DNA of 64,000 nt from Mobula hypostoma (lineage: Eukaryota). The position numbers and the translations under genes are program-made. The DNA is taken from NCBI RefSeq assembly GCF_963921235.1, contig NC_086097.1, positions 180,546,001 through 180,610,000 of the forward strand, given 5' to 3'. The notes below the pieces were generated by a model. The model was given only the letters and a program-made list of their open reading frames with translations, made no database searches and was not told the DNA's origin. Shown piece by piece: positions 22,575 through 37,500 of the stretch (position 1 is its first letter; each line of letters opens with the position of its first letter).

Positions 22575-25500
22575 AGGAGGTAGGAGTGTGGGGGAGGCAG
22601 AGGAGGGTTGAAGTGCAGGGAAGGGACGGAGGGGGTTAGTAGTGTGGGGAGGTGACAGAGGGGGTTAGGAGTGAGGGAGGGGAAGGAGGTGGTTAGGAGT
22701 GTGGGAATTGGACAGAGGGGGTTAGGAATGTGGGGAGGTGACGGGGGGTTAGGAGTGAGGGAAGAGGACGGAGGGGGTTAGGAGTGTGGGGAGGTGACAG
22801 AGGGGGTTAGGAGTGTGGGAAGGAACAGAGGGGGTTAGGAATGTGGGAATTGGACAGAGGGGGTTAGGAGTGTGCGGAGGTGGACAGAGGGGGTTAGGAG
22901 TGTGGGGAGGTGGACAGAGGGGGTTAGGAGTGAGGGAGGGGACAGAGGGGCTAGGAGTGAGGGAGGGGACAGAAGGGGTCAGGAATGTGGGGAGGGGACA
23001 GAGGGGGTTAGTAGTGTGGGGAGGTGTCAGAGGGGGTTTGGAGTGAGGGTAGGGGATGGAGGGGGTTAGGAGTGTGGGAATTGGACAGAGGGGGTTAGGA
23101 GTGTGGGGAGGTGACAGAGGGGGTTAGGAGTGTGGGGAGAGGACAGAGAGGGTTAGGAGTGAGGAAGGGGACAGAAGGGGTTAGGAATGTGGGGAGGGGA
23201 CAGAAGGGGTTAGGAGTGTGGGAAGGTGACAGAGGGGGTTGGGAGTGAGGGAGAAGACGGAGGTGGTTAGGAGTGTGGGAATTGGACAGAGGGGGTTAGG
23301 AATGTGGGGAGGTGACGGGGGTAGGAGTGAGGGAAGAGGACAGAGGGGGTTAGGAGTGAGGGAAGAGGACAGAGGTGGTTAGGAGTGTGGGGAGGTGGAC
23401 AGAGGGGGTTAGGAGTGAGGGAGGGGACAGAGGGGGTTAGGAGTGAGGGAGGGGACAGAAGGGGTCAGGAATGTGGGGAAGGGACAGAGGGGGTTAGTAG
23501 TGTGGGGAGGTGACAGAGGGGGTTTGGAGTGAGGAGAGGGGACGGAGGGGGTTAGGAGTGTGGGACTTGGACAGAGGGGGTTAGGAGTGTGGGGAGGTGG
23601 ACAGAGGGGAGGGGTTAGGAGTGAGGGAGGGGACACAGGGGGTTAGGAATGTGGGAAGGGGACAGAGGAGGTTAGGAGTGTGGGAAGGGGCAGAGTGGGT
23701 TAGGAACGTGGTTATTGGACAGAGGGGGTTAGGAGTGTGAGGAGGGGACAGAGGGAGTTAGGTGTGTGGGGAGGTGACAGAGGGGGTTAGGAGTGTGGGG
23801 AGGGGACAGAGGGGGTTAGGAGTGAGGGAGGGGACAGAAGGGGTTAGGAATGTGGGGAGGGGACAGACAGGGTTAGGAGTGTGGGGAGGTGACAGAGGGG
23901 GTTGGGACTGAGGGAGGGGACGGAGGGGGTTAGGAGTGTGGGAAGAGGACAGAGGGGGTTAGGAGTGTGGGGAGGAAACAGAGGGGGGTAGGAGTGAGGG
24001 AAGAGGACAGAGGGGGTTAGGAGTGAGGGAAGAGGACAGAGGGGGTTAGGAGTGTGGGGAGGGGACAGACGGGGTTAGGAGTGTGGGGAGGTGACAGAGG
24101 GGGTTGGGAGTGAGGGAGAAGACGGAGGTGGTTAGGAGTGTGGGAATTGGACAGAGGGGGTTAGGAATGTGGGGAGGTGACGGGGGTAGGAGTGAGGGAA
24201 GAGGACAGAGGGGGTTAGGAGTGTGGGGAGGAAACAGAGGGGGGTAGGAGTGAGGGAAGAGGACAGAGGGGGTTAGGAGTGAGGCAAGAGGACAGAGGGG
24301 GTTAGGAATGTGGGAAGGGGACAGAGGCGGTTAGGAATGTGGGAAGGGGACAGAGGGGGTTACGAGTGAGGGAGGGGACAGAGGGGGTTAGGAGTGAGGG
24401 AGGGGACAGAAGGGGTTAGGAATGTGGGGAGATGACAGAGGGGGTTGGGAGTGAGGGAGAAGACGGAGGTGGTTAGGAGTGTGGGAATTGGACAGAGGGG
24501 GTTAGGAATGTGGGGAGGTGATGGGGGTAGGAGTGAGGGAAGAGGACAGAGGGGGTTAGGAGTGAGGGAAGAGGACAGAGGGTGTTAGGAATGTGGGAAG
24601 GAGACAGAGGGGGTTAGGAGTGAGGGAGGGGACAGAGGGGGTTAGGAGTGAGGGAGGGGACAGAAGGGGTTAGGAATGTGGGGAGGTGACGGGGGGTTAG
24701 GAGTGAGGGAAGAGGACAGAGGGGGTTAGGAGTGTGGGGAGGTGACAGAGGGAGTTAGGAGTGTGGGGAGGAAACAGAGGGGGGTAGGAGTGAGGGAAGA
24801 GGACAGAGGGGGTTAGGAGTGAGGGAAGAGGACAGAGGGGGTTAGGAGTGTGGGGAGGGGACAGAAGGGGTTAGGAGTGTGGGGAGGTGACAGAGGGGGT
24901 TGGGAGTGAGGGAGAAGACGGAGGTGGTTAGGAGTGTGGGAATTGGACAGAGGGGGTTAGGAATGTGGGGAGGTGACGGGGGTAGGAGTGAGGGAAGAGG
25001 ACAGAGGGGGTTAGGAGTGTGGGGAGGAAACAGAGGGGGGTAGGAGTGAGGGAAGAGGACAGAGGGGGTTAGGAGTGAGGCAAGAGGACAGAGGGGGTTA
25101 GGAATGTGGGAAGGGGACAGAGGCGGTTAGGAATGTGGGAAGGGGACAGAGGGGGTTACGAGTGAGGGAGGGGACAGAGGGGGTTAGGAGTGAGGGAGGG
25201 GACAGAAGGGGTTAGGAATGTGGGGAGATGACAGAGGGGGTTGGGAGTGAGGGAGAAGACGGAGGTGGTTAGGAGTGTGGGAATTGGACAGAGGGGGTTA
25301 GGAATGTGGGGAGGTGATGGGGGTAGGAGTGAGGGAAGAGGACAGAGGGGGTTAGGAGTGAGGGAAGAGGACAGAAGGGGTTAGGAATGTGGGGAGGTGA
25401 CAGAGGGAGTTAGGAGTGAGGGAAGAGGACAGAGGGGGTTAGGAGTGTGGGGAGGTGACAGAGGGAGTTAGGAGTGTGGGAAGGAACAGAGGGGTTAGGA

Positions 25501-28500
25501 ATGTGGGGAGGGGACAGAGGGGGTTAGTAGTGTGGGGAGGTGACAGAGGGGGTTTGGAGTGAGGGGAGGGGATGGAGGGGGTTAGGAGTGTGGGGAGGTG
25601 ACAGAGGGAGTTAGGAGTGTGGGAAGGAACAGAGGGGGTTAGGAATGTGGGGAGGGGACAGAGGGGGTTAGTAGTGTGGGGAGGTGACAGAGGGGGTTTG
25701 GAGTGAGGGGAGGGGATGGAGGGGGTTAGGAGTGTGGGAATTGGACAGAGGGGGTTAGGAGTGTGGGGAGGGGACAGAGTGGGTAGGAGTGTGGGAATTG
25801 GACAGAGGGGGTTAGGAGTGTGGGGAGGTGACAGAGGGGGTTAGGAGTGTGGGGAGGTGACAAACGGGGTTAGGAGTGTGGGAAGGGACAGAGGGGGGTA
25901 GGAATGTGGGAATTGGACAGAGGGGTTTAGGAGTGTGGGAAGAGGACAGAGGGGGTTAGGAGTAAGGGAGGGGACAGAAGGGGTTAGGAATGTGGGGAAG
26001 GGACAGAGGGGGTTAGTAGTGTGGGGAGGTGACAGAGGGGGTTGGAGTGAGGGGAGGGGACAGAGGGGGTTAGGAGTGTGGGACATGGACAGAGGGGGTT
26101 AGGTGTGTGGGGAGGTGGACAGAGGGGAGGGGTTAGGAGTGAGGGAGAGGACACAAGGGGTTAGGAGTGAGGGAGGGGACAGAAGGGGTTAGGAATGTGC
26201 GGAGGGGACAGAAGGGGTTAGGAATGTAGGGAGGGGACGGGGGGTTAGGAGAGTGGGGAGGTGACAGAGGGGGTTTGGAGTGAGGGGAGGGGATGGAGGG
26301 GGTTAGGAGTGTGGGAATTGGACAGAGGGGGTTAGGAGTGTGGGGAGGGGACAGAAGGGGTTAGGAATGTGCGGAGGGGACAGAAGGGGTTAGGAATGTA
26401 GGGAGGTGACGGGGGTAGGAGTGAGGGAAGAGGACAGAGGGGGTTAGGAATGTGGGAAGGGTCAGAGGGGGTTAGGAGTGAGGGAGGGGACAGAGGGGGT
26501 TAGGAGTGAAGAAGGGGACAGAAGGGGTTAGGAATGTGGGGAGGTGACGGGGGTTAGGAGTGAGGGAAGAGGACAGAGGGGGTTAGGAGTGTGGGGAGGT
26601 GACAGAGGGAGTTAGGAGTGTGGAAAGGAACAGAGGGGGTTAGGAATGTGGGGAGGGGACAGAGCGGGTTAGTAGTGAGGGGAGGGGATGGAGGGGGTTA
26701 GGAGTGTGGGAGGGACAGAAGGGGTTAGGAGTGTGGGGAGGGGACAGAAGGGGTTAGGAGTGTGGGGAGGTGACAGAGGGGGTTGGGAGTGAGGGAGAAG
26801 ACGGAGGTGGTTAGGAGTGTGGGAATTGGACAGAGGGGGTTAGGAATGTGGGGAGGTGACGGGGGTAGGAGTGAGGGAAGAGGACAGAGGGGGTTAGGAG
26901 TGTGGGGAGGAAACAGAGGGGGGTAGGAGTGAGGGAAGAGGACAGAGGGGGTTAGGAGTGAGGGAAGAGGACAGAGGGGGTTAGGAATGTGGGAAGGGGA
27001 CAGAGGGGGTTAGGAATGTGGGAAGGAGACAGAGGGGGTTAGGAATGTGGGAGGGGACAGAGGGGGTTAGGGGTGAGGGAGGGGACAGAAGGGGTTAGGA
27101 GTGTGGGGAGGTGACAGAGGGGGTTGGGAGTGAGGGTGAAGACGGAGGTGGTTAGGAGTGTGGGAATTGGACAGAGGGGGTTAGGAATGTGGGGAGGTGA
27201 CGGGGGTAGGAGTGAGGGAAGAGGACAGAGGGGGTTAGGAGTGAGGGAAGAGGACAGAGTGGGTTAGGAGTGTGGGGAGGAAACAGAGGGGGGTAGGAGT
27301 GAGGGAAGAGGACAGAGGGGGTTAGGAGTGAGGGAAGAGGACAGAGGGGGTTAGGAATGTGGGAAGGGGACAGAGGGGGTTAGGAATGTGGGAAGGAGAC
27401 AGAGGGGGTTAGGAATGTGGGAGGGGACAGAGGGGGTTAGGGGTGAGGGAGGGGACAGAAGGGGTTAGGAATGTGGGGAGGTGACGGGGGGTTAGGAGTG
27501 AGGGAAGAGGACAGAGGGGGTTAGGAGTGTGGGGAGGTGACAGAGGGAGTTAGGAGTGTGGGAAGGAACAGAGGGGGTTAGGAATGTGGGGAGGGGACAG
27601 AGGGGGTTAGTAGTGTGGGGAGGTGACAGAGGGGGTTTGGAGTGAGGGGAGGGGATGGAGGGGGTCAGGAGTGTGGGAATTGGACAGAGGGGGTTAGGAG
27701 TGTGGGGAGGGGACAGAGGGGGTTAGGAGTGTGGGGAGGTGACAGAGGGGGTTAGGAGTGTGGGGAGGTGACAAACGGGGTTAGGAGTGTGGGTAGGGAC
27801 AGAGGGGGGTAGGAATGTGGGAATTGGACAGAGGGGGTTAGGAGTGTGGGAAGAGGACAGAGGGGGTTAGGAGTGAGGGAGGGGACAGAAGGGGTTAGGA
27901 ATGTGGGGAAGGGACAGAGGGGGTTAGTAGTGTGGGGAGGTGACAGAGGGGGTTGGAGTGAGGGGAGGTGACAGAGGGGTTTTGGAGTGAGGGGAGGGGA
28001 TGGAGGGGGTTAGGAGTGTGGGAATTGGACAGAGGGGGTTAGGAGTGTGGGACATGGACAGAGGGGGTTAGGAGTGTGGGGAGGTGGACAGAGGGGAGGG
28101 GTTAGGAGTGAGGGAGAGGACACAGGGGGTTAGGAGTGAGGGAGGGGACGGGGGTTAGGAGAGTGGGGAGGTGACAGAGGGGTTTTGGAGTGAGGGGAGG
28201 GGATGGAGGGGGTTAGGAGTGTGGGAATTGGACAGAGGGGGTTAGGAGTGTGGGGAGTGGTTAGGAGTAAGGGAGGGGACAGAGGGGATTAGGAGTGAGG
28301 AAGGGGACAGAAGGGGTCAGGAATGTGGGGAGGGGACAGAGGGGGTTAGTAGTGTCGGGAGGTGTCAGAGGGGGTTTGGAGTGAGGGAAGGGGATGGAGG
28401 GGGTTAGGAGTGTGGGAATTGGACAGAGGGGGTTAGGAGTGTGGGGAGGTGACAGAGGGGGTTAGGAGTGTAGGGAGAGGACAGAGGGGGTTAGGAGTGA

Positions 28501-31500
28501 GGGAGGGGACAGAAGGGGTTAGGAATGTGGGGAGGGGACAGAAGGGGTTAGGAGTGTGGGAAGGTGACAGAGGGGGTTGGGAGTGAGGGAGAAGACGGAG
28601 GTGGTTAGGAGTGTGGGAATTGGACAGAGGGGGTTAGGAATGTGGGGAGATGACGGGGGGTAGGAGTGAGGGAAGAGGACAGAGGGGTTAGGAGTGAGGG
28701 AAGAGGACAGAGGTGGTTAGGAGTGTGGGGAGGTGGACAGAGGGGGTTAGGAGTGAGGGAGGGGACAGAGGGGGTTAGGAGTGAGGGAGGGGACAGAAGG
28801 GGTCAGGAATGTGGGGAAGGGACAGAGGGGGTTAGTAGTGTGGGGAGGTGACAGAGGGGGTTTGGAGTGAGGAGAGGGGACGGAGGGGGTTAGGAGTGTG
28901 GGACTTGGACAGAGGGGGTTAGGAGTGTGGGGAGGTGGATAGAGGGGAGGGGTTACGAGCGAGGGAGGGGACACAGGGGGTTAGGAATGTGGGAAGGGGA
29001 CAGAGGAGGTTAGGAGTGTGGGAAGGGGCAGAGTGGGTTAGGAATGTGGTTATTGGACAGAGGGGGTTAGGAGTGTGGGGAGGGGACAGAGGGGGTTAGG
29101 TGTGTGGGGAGGTGACAGAGGGGGTTAGGAGAGTGGGGAGGGGACAGAGGGGGTTAGGAGTGAGGGAGGGGACAGAAGGGGTTAGGAATGTGGGGAGGGG
29201 ACAGACAGGGTTAGGAGTGTGGGGAGGTGACAGAGGGGGTTGGGACTGAGGGAGGGGACGGAGGGGGTTAGGAGTGTGGGAAGAGGACAGAGGGGGTTAG
29301 GAGTGAGGGAGGGGACAGAAGGGGTTAGGAGTGAGGGAGGGACAGAAGGGGTTAGGAGTGTGGGGAAGGGACAGAAGGGGTTAGGAGTGTGGGGAGGTGA
29401 CAGAGGGGGTTGGGAGTGAGGGAGAAGACGGAGGTGGTTAGGAGTGTGGGAATTGGACAGAGGGGGTTAGGAATGTGGAGAGGTGACGGGGTAGGAGTGA
29501 GGGAAGAGGACAGAGGGTGTTAGGAGTGTGGGGAGGAAACAGACGGGGTAGGAGTGAGGGAAGAGGACAGAGGGGGTTAGGAGTGAGGGAAGAGGACAGA
29601 GGGGGTTAGGAGTGAGGGAGGGGACAGAGGGGGTTAGGAGTGAGGAAGGGGACAGAAGGGGTTAGGAATGTGGGGAGGTGACGGGGGGGTTAGGAGTGAG
29701 GGAAGAGGACAGAGGGGGTTAGGAGTGTGGGGAGGTGACAGAGGGGGTTAGGAGTGTGGGGAGGTGACAGACGGGGTTAGGAGTGTGGGAAAGGACAGAG
29801 GGGGTTAGGAATGTGGGAATTGGACAGAGGGGGTTAGGAGTGTGGGAAGAGGACAGAGGGGGTTAGGAGTGATGGAGGGGACAGAAGGAGTTAGGAATGT
29901 GGGGAGGGGACAGGGGGGTTAGGAGTATGGGGAAGGGATGGGGGTTTAGAAATGTAGGGAGGTGGAGAGAGGGAGTTAGGAGTGTGGGGAAGGGATGGGG
30001 GTTTAGATATGTGGGGAGGTGGAGAGAGGGTGTTAGGAGTGTGGGAAGGGGACACAGAGGGTTAGGAGTGAGGGAGGGGACAGAAGCGGTTCGGAGTGTG
30101 GGGAGGGACAGAAGGGGTTAGGAGTGTGGGGAGGTGGCAGAGGGGGTTGGGAGTGAGGGAGAAGACGGAGGTGGTTAGGAGTGTGGGAATTGCACAGAGG
30201 GTGTTAGGAATGTGGGGAGGAAACAGAGGGGGTAGGAGTGAGGGAAGAGGACAGAGGGGGTTAGGAATGTGGGAAGGGGACAGAGAGGGTTAGGAGTGTG
30301 GGAAGGAACAGAGGAGGTTAAGAATGTGGGAATTGGACAGAGGGGGTTAGGAGTGAGGGAAGAGGACAGACGGGGTTAGGAATGTGGGAAGAGGACAGAG
30401 ATGGTTAGGAATGTGGGAATTGGACAGACGGGGTTAGGAATGTGGGAAGGGGACAGAGAGGGTTAGGAGTGTGGGAAGGAACAGAGGGGGTTAAGAATGT
30501 GGGAATTGGACAGAGGGGGTTAGGAGTGTGGGGAGGTGGTCAGAGGGGGTTAGGAGTGAGGGAGGGGACAGAAGGGGTCAGGAATGTGGGGAGGGGTCAG
30601 AGGGGGTTAGTAGTGTGGGGAGGTGACAGAGGGGGTTTGGAGTGAGGGGAGGGGATGGAGGGGGTTAGGAGTGTGGGAATTGGACAGAGGGGTTTAGGAG
30701 TGTGGGGAGGGGACAGTGGGTAGGAGTGTGGGAATTGGACAGAGGGGGTTAGGAGTGTGGGGAGGTGACAGACGGGGTTAGGAGTGTGGGAAGGGACAGA
30801 GGGGGTTAGGAATGTGGGAATTGGACAGAGGGGGTTAGGAGTGTGGGAAGAGGACAGAGGGGGTTAGGAGTGTGGGGAGGGGACAGTGGGTAGGAGTGTG
30901 GGAATTGGACAGAGGGGGTTAGGAGTGTGGGAATTGGACAGACGGGGTTAGGAGTGTGGGAAGGGACAGAGGGGGTTAGGAATGTGGGAATTGGACAGAG
31001 GGGGTTAGGAGTGTGGGAAGAGGACAGACGGCGTTAGGGGTGAGGGAGGGGACAGAAGGGGTTAGGAATGTGGGGAGGGTACAGGGGGGTTAGGAGTATG
31101 TGGAAGGGATGGGGGTTTAGAAATGTGGGGAGGTGGAGAGAGGGAGTTAGGAGTGTGGGAAGGGGACACAGAGGGTTAAGAGTGAGGGAGGGGACAGAAG
31201 GGGTTAGGAGTGTGGGGAGGGACAGAAGGGGTTAGGAGTGTGGGGAGGTGGCAGAGGGGGTTGGGAGTGAGGGAGAAGATGGAGGTGGTTTGGAGTATGG
31301 GAATAGCACAGAGGGTGTGAGGAATGTGAGGAGGAAACAGAGGGGGGTAGGAGTGAGGGAAGAGGACAGAGGGGGTTAGGAGTGAGGGAAGAGGACAGAG
31401 GGGGTTAGGAATGTGGGAAGACAGAGAGGGTTAGGAGTGTGGGAAGGAACAGAGGGGGTTAAGAATGTGGGAATTGGACAGAGGGGGTTAGGAGTGTGGG

Positions 31501-34500
31501 GAGGTGGACAGAGGGGGTTAGGAGTGAGGGAGGTGACAGAGGGGGTTAGGAGTGAGGGAGGGGACAGAAGGGGTCAGGAATGTGGGGAGGGGACAGAGTG
31601 GGTTAGGAGTGTGGGACTTGGACAGAGGGGGTTAGGAGTGTGGGGAGGTGGACAGAGGGGAGGGGTTAGGAGTGAGGGAGAGGACACAGGGGGTTAGGAG
31701 TGAGGGAGGGGACAGAAGGGGTCAGGAATGTGGGGAGGGGACAGAGGGGGTTAGTAGTGTGGGGAGGTGACAGAGGGGGTTTGGAGTGAGGGGAGGGGAT
31801 GGAAGAGGTTAGTAGTGTGGGAATTGGACAGCGGGGGTTAGGAGTGTGGGGAGGGGACAGAGGGGGTTAGGAGTGTGGGGAGGTGACAGACGGGGTTAGG
31901 AGTGTGGGAAGGGACAGAGAGGGTTAGGAATGTGGGAATTGGACAGAGGGGGTTAGGAGTGTGGGAAGAGGACAGAGGGGGTTAGGAATGAGGGAGGGGA
32001 CAGAAGGGGTTAGGAATGTGGGGAGGGGACAGGGGGGTTAGGAGTATGGGGAAGGGATGGGGGTTTAGAAATATAGGGAGGTGGAGAGAGGGAGTTAGGA
32101 GTGTGGGGAAGGGATGGGGGTTTAGATATGTGGGGAGGTGGAGAGAGGGTGTTAGGAGTGTGGGAAGGGGACACAGAGGGTTAGGAGTGAGGGAGGGGAC
32201 AGAAGGGGTTAGGAGTGTGGGGAGGTGGCAGAGGGGGTTGGGAGTGAGGGAGAAGACGGAGGTGGTTAGGAGTGTGGGAATTGCACAGAGGGTGTTAGGA
32301 ATGTGGGGAGGAAACAGAGGGGGTAGGAGTGAGGGAAGAGGACAGAGGGGGTTAGGAATGTGGGAAGGGGACAGAGAGGGTTAGGAGTGTGGGAAGGAAC
32401 AGAGGAGGTTAAGAATGTGGGAATTGGACAGAGGGGGTTAGGAGTGTGGGGAGGTGACAGACGGGGTTAGGAATGTGGGAATTGGACAGAGGGGGTTAGG
32501 AGTGTGGGAAGAGGACAGAGGGGGTTAGGAGTGATGGAGGGGACAGAAGGGGTTAGGAATGTGGGGAGGGGACAGGGGGGTTAGGAGTATGGGGAAGGGA
32601 TGGGGGTTTAGAAATGTAGGGAGGTGGAGAGAGGGAGTTAGGAGTGTGGGGAAGGGATGGGGGTTTACATATGTGGGGAGGTGGAGAGAGGGTGTTAGGA
32701 GTGTGGGAAGGGGACACAGAGGGTTAGGAGTGAGGGAGGGGACAGAAGGGGTTCGGAGTGTGGGGAGGGACAGAAGGGGTTAGGAGTGTGGGGAGGTGGC
32801 AGAGGGGGTTGGGAGTGAGGGAGAAGACGGAGGTGGTTAGGAGTGTGGGAATTGCACAGAGGGTGTTAGGAATGTGGGTAGGAAACAGAGGGGGGTAGGA
32901 GTGAGGGAAGAGGACAGAGGGGGTTAGGAGTGAGGGAAGAGGACAGAGGGGGTTAGGAATGTGGGAAGGGGACAGAGGGGGTTAGGAATGTGGGGAGGGG
33001 ACAGAGGGGGTTGGGAGTGAGGGAGGGGACAGAGAGGGTTAGGAGTGAGGGAGAGGACAGAAGGGGTCAGGAATATGGGGAGGTGACAGAGGGGGTTAGG
33101 AGTGAGGGAGGGGACAGAAGCGGTTAGGAATGTGGGGAGGGTACAGAAGGGGTTAGGAATGTGGGGAGGGGATGGGGGTTTAGGAATGTGGGGAGGTGGA
33201 GAGAGGGGGTAGGAGTGTGGGAAGGGGACAGAGGGGGTTTGGAGTGTGGGGAGGTGACAGAGGTGGTTAGTAGGGTGGGGAGGTGACAGAGGGGGGTTAG
33301 GAGTGTGGGGAGGTGACAGAGGGGGTTTGGAGTGAGGGGAGGGGACAGAGGGGGTTAGGAGTGTGGGAATTGGACAGAGGCGGTTAGGAGTGTAGGGAGG
33401 TGGACAGAGGGGAGGGGTTAGGAGTGAGGAAGGGGACAGAGGGGGTTAGGAGTGAGGGAGGGGACAGAGGGGGTTGGGAGTGAGGGAGGGGATGGAGGTG
33501 GTTAGACGTGTGGGAATTGGACAGAGGGGGTTAGGAATGTGGGAAGGGGACATAGGTGGTTAGGAATCTGGGTACGGACAGAGTGGGTTAGGAATGTGGT
33601 TATTGGACAGAGGGGGTTAGGAGTGTGGGGAGGTGGACAGAGGGGGTTAGGAGTGTGGGAAGGGGACAGAGGGGGTTTGGAGTGTGGGGAGGTGACAGAG
33701 GGGGTTGGGAGTGAGGGAGAGGACGGAGAGGGTTAGGTGTGTGGGAATTGGACAGAAGGGGTTAGAAGAGAGGGAAGTGGACAGAGGGGGTTAGGAGTGT
33801 GTCGAGGTGACAGAGGGGGTTGGGAATGTGGGATGGAACAGAGGAGGTCAGGAGTGAGGGCAGAGGACAGAGGGGGTTAGGGGTGAGGGAAGAGGACAGA
33901 AGAGGTTAGGAATGTGGGAAGGGGACAGAGTAGCTTAGGATTGAGGGAGGGGACAGAAGGAGTTAGGAATGTGGGGAGGGAACAGAGAGGGGTTAGGTGT
34001 GTGGGGAAGGGATGTGGGTTTAGGAATGTGGGGAGGTGGAGAGGGGGGTTAGGAGTGTGGGAATGAGACAGAGGGGGTTAGGAGTGAGTGATGGGACAGG
34101 GGGGTTAGGAATCTGGGGGCAGGACAGGGGGTTAGGAGTGTGGGGAAGGGTTGGGGGATTAGGAATGCGGAGAGGTGGAGAGAGGGGGTTAGGAGTGTGG
34201 GAAGGGTACAGAGGGGGTGAGGAGTGAGGGAGAGGAGAGAAGGGGTTAGGATTGTGGGGAGGGTACAGAAGGGGTTTGGAGTGAGGGAGTGGACAGAGGG
34301 GGTTAGGAGTGTGGGGAGGGGACAAAGGGGGTTAGGAATGTGGGAATTGGACAGAGGGGGTTAGGAGTGTGGGGAGGTGGACAGAGGGGGTTAGGAGTGT
34401 GGGGAGGTGGACATAGGAGTGTGGGAAGGGGACAGAGGGGTTTAGGAGTGTGGGGAGGTGACAGAGGGGTTTGGGAGTGAGAGAGGGGACGGAGGGGATT

Positions 34501-37500
34501 AGGAGTGGGGGAAGGGGACAGAGGAGGTTAGGAGTGAGGGAAGAGGACAGAGGGGGTTAGGAGTGAGGGAGGGGACAGAAGGGGTAAGGAGTGTGGGGAG
34601 GTGACGGGGGGTTAGGAGTGTGGGGAGGGGCAGGGGGGTTAGGAGTGAGGGAAGGGACAGAGGGGGTTAGGAGTGAGTGAGGGGACAGGGGGTTAGGAGT
34701 GTGTGGAAGGGATGGGGGTTTACGAATGTGGGGAGGTGGAGAGAGGGGTTTGGAGTGAGGGGAGGGGACAGAGGGGCTTAGGCGTGTGGGGAGGGGACAG
34801 AGAGGGTTTGGAGTGTGGGGAGAGGACAGAGTGGGTTAGCAGAGAGGGAAGGGGACAGAGGGGGTTAGGAATGTGGGAATTGGACAGAGGGTTTGGAGTG
34901 TGGGGAGGGGACATGGGGGTGTGGAGTGAGGGAAGGCACTGACGGGGTTACGAGTGATAGATGGGATGGGGGGTTAGGAATGTGGGGAGGGGACAGGGGG
35001 TTAGGAGTGTGGGGAAGGGATGGGGGTTTAGGAATGTGGGGAGGTGGAGAGCGGGGGTTAGGAGTGTGGGGAGGTGACAGAGGTGGTTGGGAGTGAGAGA
35101 GGGGATGGAGGGGGTTAGGAGTGTGGGAAGGGGACAGAGGAGGTTAGGAGTGAGGGAAGAGGACAGAGGGGGTTAGGAGTGAGGGAGGGGACAGAAGGGG
35201 TTAGGAATGTGGGGAGGGGACAGAGGGGGCTAGGAGTGTGGGGAGGTGACAGAGGGGGTTAGGAGTGTGGGAAGGGACAGAGGGGGTTAGGAATGTGGGA
35301 GTTGGACAGAGGGGGTTAGGAATGAGGGAAGGGGACGGGGTGTTAGGAGTGTGGGGAGGTGGACATAGGAGTGTGGGGAGGGGACAGAGGGGGTTAGGAG
35401 TGAGGGAGGGGACAGAGGGGGTAAGGAGTGAGGGAGGGGACAGAAGGGGTTAGGAATGTGGGGAGGGGAAGGGGGTTAGGAGTGTGGGGAAGGGAAGGGG
35501 GTTTATGAATGTGGGGAGGTGGAGAGAGGGGTTTGGAGTGAGGGGAGGGGACAGAGGGGGTTAGGAATGTGGGAATTGGACAGAGAGGGTTTGGAGTGTG
35601 GGGAGGTGGACAGAGGGGGTTAGGAGTGAGGGAGGGGACAGAGGGGCTTAGGAGTCAGGGAGGGGACAGAGGGGGTTAGGAGTGAGGGAGGGGACAGAAG
35701 GGGTTAGGAGTGAGGGAGGGGACTGAAGGGGTTAGGAATGTGGGGAGGGGACAGAGGGGGTTAGGAGTGTGGGGAAGGGATGGGGGTTTAGGAATGTGGG
35801 GAGGTGGAGAGCGGGGGTTAGGACTGTAGGGGAGGTGACAGAGGGGGTTGGGAGTGAGAGAGGGGACGGAGGGGGTTAGGAGTGTGGGAAGGGGACAGAG
35901 GAGGTTAGGAGTGAGGGAAGAGGACAGAGGGGGTTAGGTGTGAGGGAGGGGACAAAAGGGGTAGGAATGTGGGGAGGGGACAGAAGGGGTTAGGAGTGTG
36001 GGGAGGTGACAGAGGGGATTAGAAGTGTGGGAAGGGACAGAGGGGGTTAGGAATGTGGCAGTTGGACAGAGGGGGTTAGGAGTGAGGGAAGGGACAGAGG
36101 GGGTTAGGAGTGAGGGAGGGGACAGACGGGGTCAGGAGTGTGGGAGGGACAGAGGGGGTTAGGAATGTGGGGAGGGGAAGGGGGTTAGGAGTGTGGGGAA
36201 GGAAAGGGGGTTTATGAATGTGGGGAGGTGGAGAGAGGGGTTTGGAGTGAGGGGAGGGGACAGAGGGGGTTAGGAATGTGGGAATTGGACAGAGAGGGTT
36301 TGGAGTGTGGGGAGGTGGTCAGAGGGGGTTAGTAGCGAGGGAGGGGACAGAGGGGCTTAGTAGTGAGGGAGGGGACAGAGGGGGTTAGGAGTGAGGGAGG
36401 GGACAGAGGGGGTTTGGAATGAGGGAGGGGACAGAAGGGGTTAGGAATGTGGGGAGGGGACAGGGGGTTAGGAGTGTGGGGAAGGGATGGGGGTTTACGA
36501 ATGTGGGGAGGTGAAGAGAGGGGTTTGGAGTGAGGGGAGGGGACAGAGGGGCTTAGGCGTGTGGGGAGGGGACAGAGAGGGTTTGGAGTGTGGGGAGAGG
36601 ACAGAGTGGGTTAGCAGAGAGGGAAGGGGACAGAGGGGGTTAGGAACGTGGGAATTGGACAGAGAGGGTTTGGAGTGTGGGTAGGGGACATGGGGGTTAG
36701 GAGTGAGGGAGGGGACTGAGGGGGTTACGAGTGAGTGATGGGATGGGGGGTTAGGAATGTGGGGAGGGGACAGGGGGTTAGGAGTGTGGGGAAGGGATGG
36801 GGGTTTAGGAATGTGGGGAGGTGGAGAGCAGGGGTTAGGAGTGTGGGGAGGTGACAGAGGGGGTTAGGAGTGTGGGGAGGTGACAGAGGGGTTTAGGAGT
36901 GAGGGAGGGGACAGAGGGGGTTAGGAGTGTGGGAAGGGACAGAGGGGGTTAGGAACGTGGGAATTGGAAGAGGGGGTTACAGTGTGGGGAGGTGGACATA
37001 GGAGTGTGGGGAGGTGACGGGGGGTTAGGAGTGTGGGGAGGTGACAGAGGGTGTTAGGAGTGAGGGAGGGGACAGAGGGGGTTAGGAGTGTGGGAGGGAC
37101 AGAGGGGGTAAGGAGTGTGGGAATTGGACAGAGAGGGTTTGGAGTGTGGGGAGATGGTCAGAGGGGGTTAGGAGTGAGGGAGGGGACAGAGGGGGTTAGG
37201 AGTGAGGGAGGGGACAGAAGGGGTTAGGAATGTGGGGAGGGGACAGAGGGGGTTAGGCGTGTGGGGAGGTGACAGAGGGGGTTGGGAGTGAGGGAGGGGA
37301 CGGATGGGGTTAGGAGTATGGGAATTGGACAGAGAGGTTAGGAGTGTGGGGAGGTGACAGAGGGGGTTAGGAGTGAGGGAGGGGACAGAGGGGGTTAGGA
37401 GTGAGGGAGGGGACAGAGGGGGTTAGGAGTGTGGGAAGGGACAGACGGGGTTAGGAATGTGGGAATTGGAAGAGGGGGTTAGGAGTGTGGGGAGGTGGAC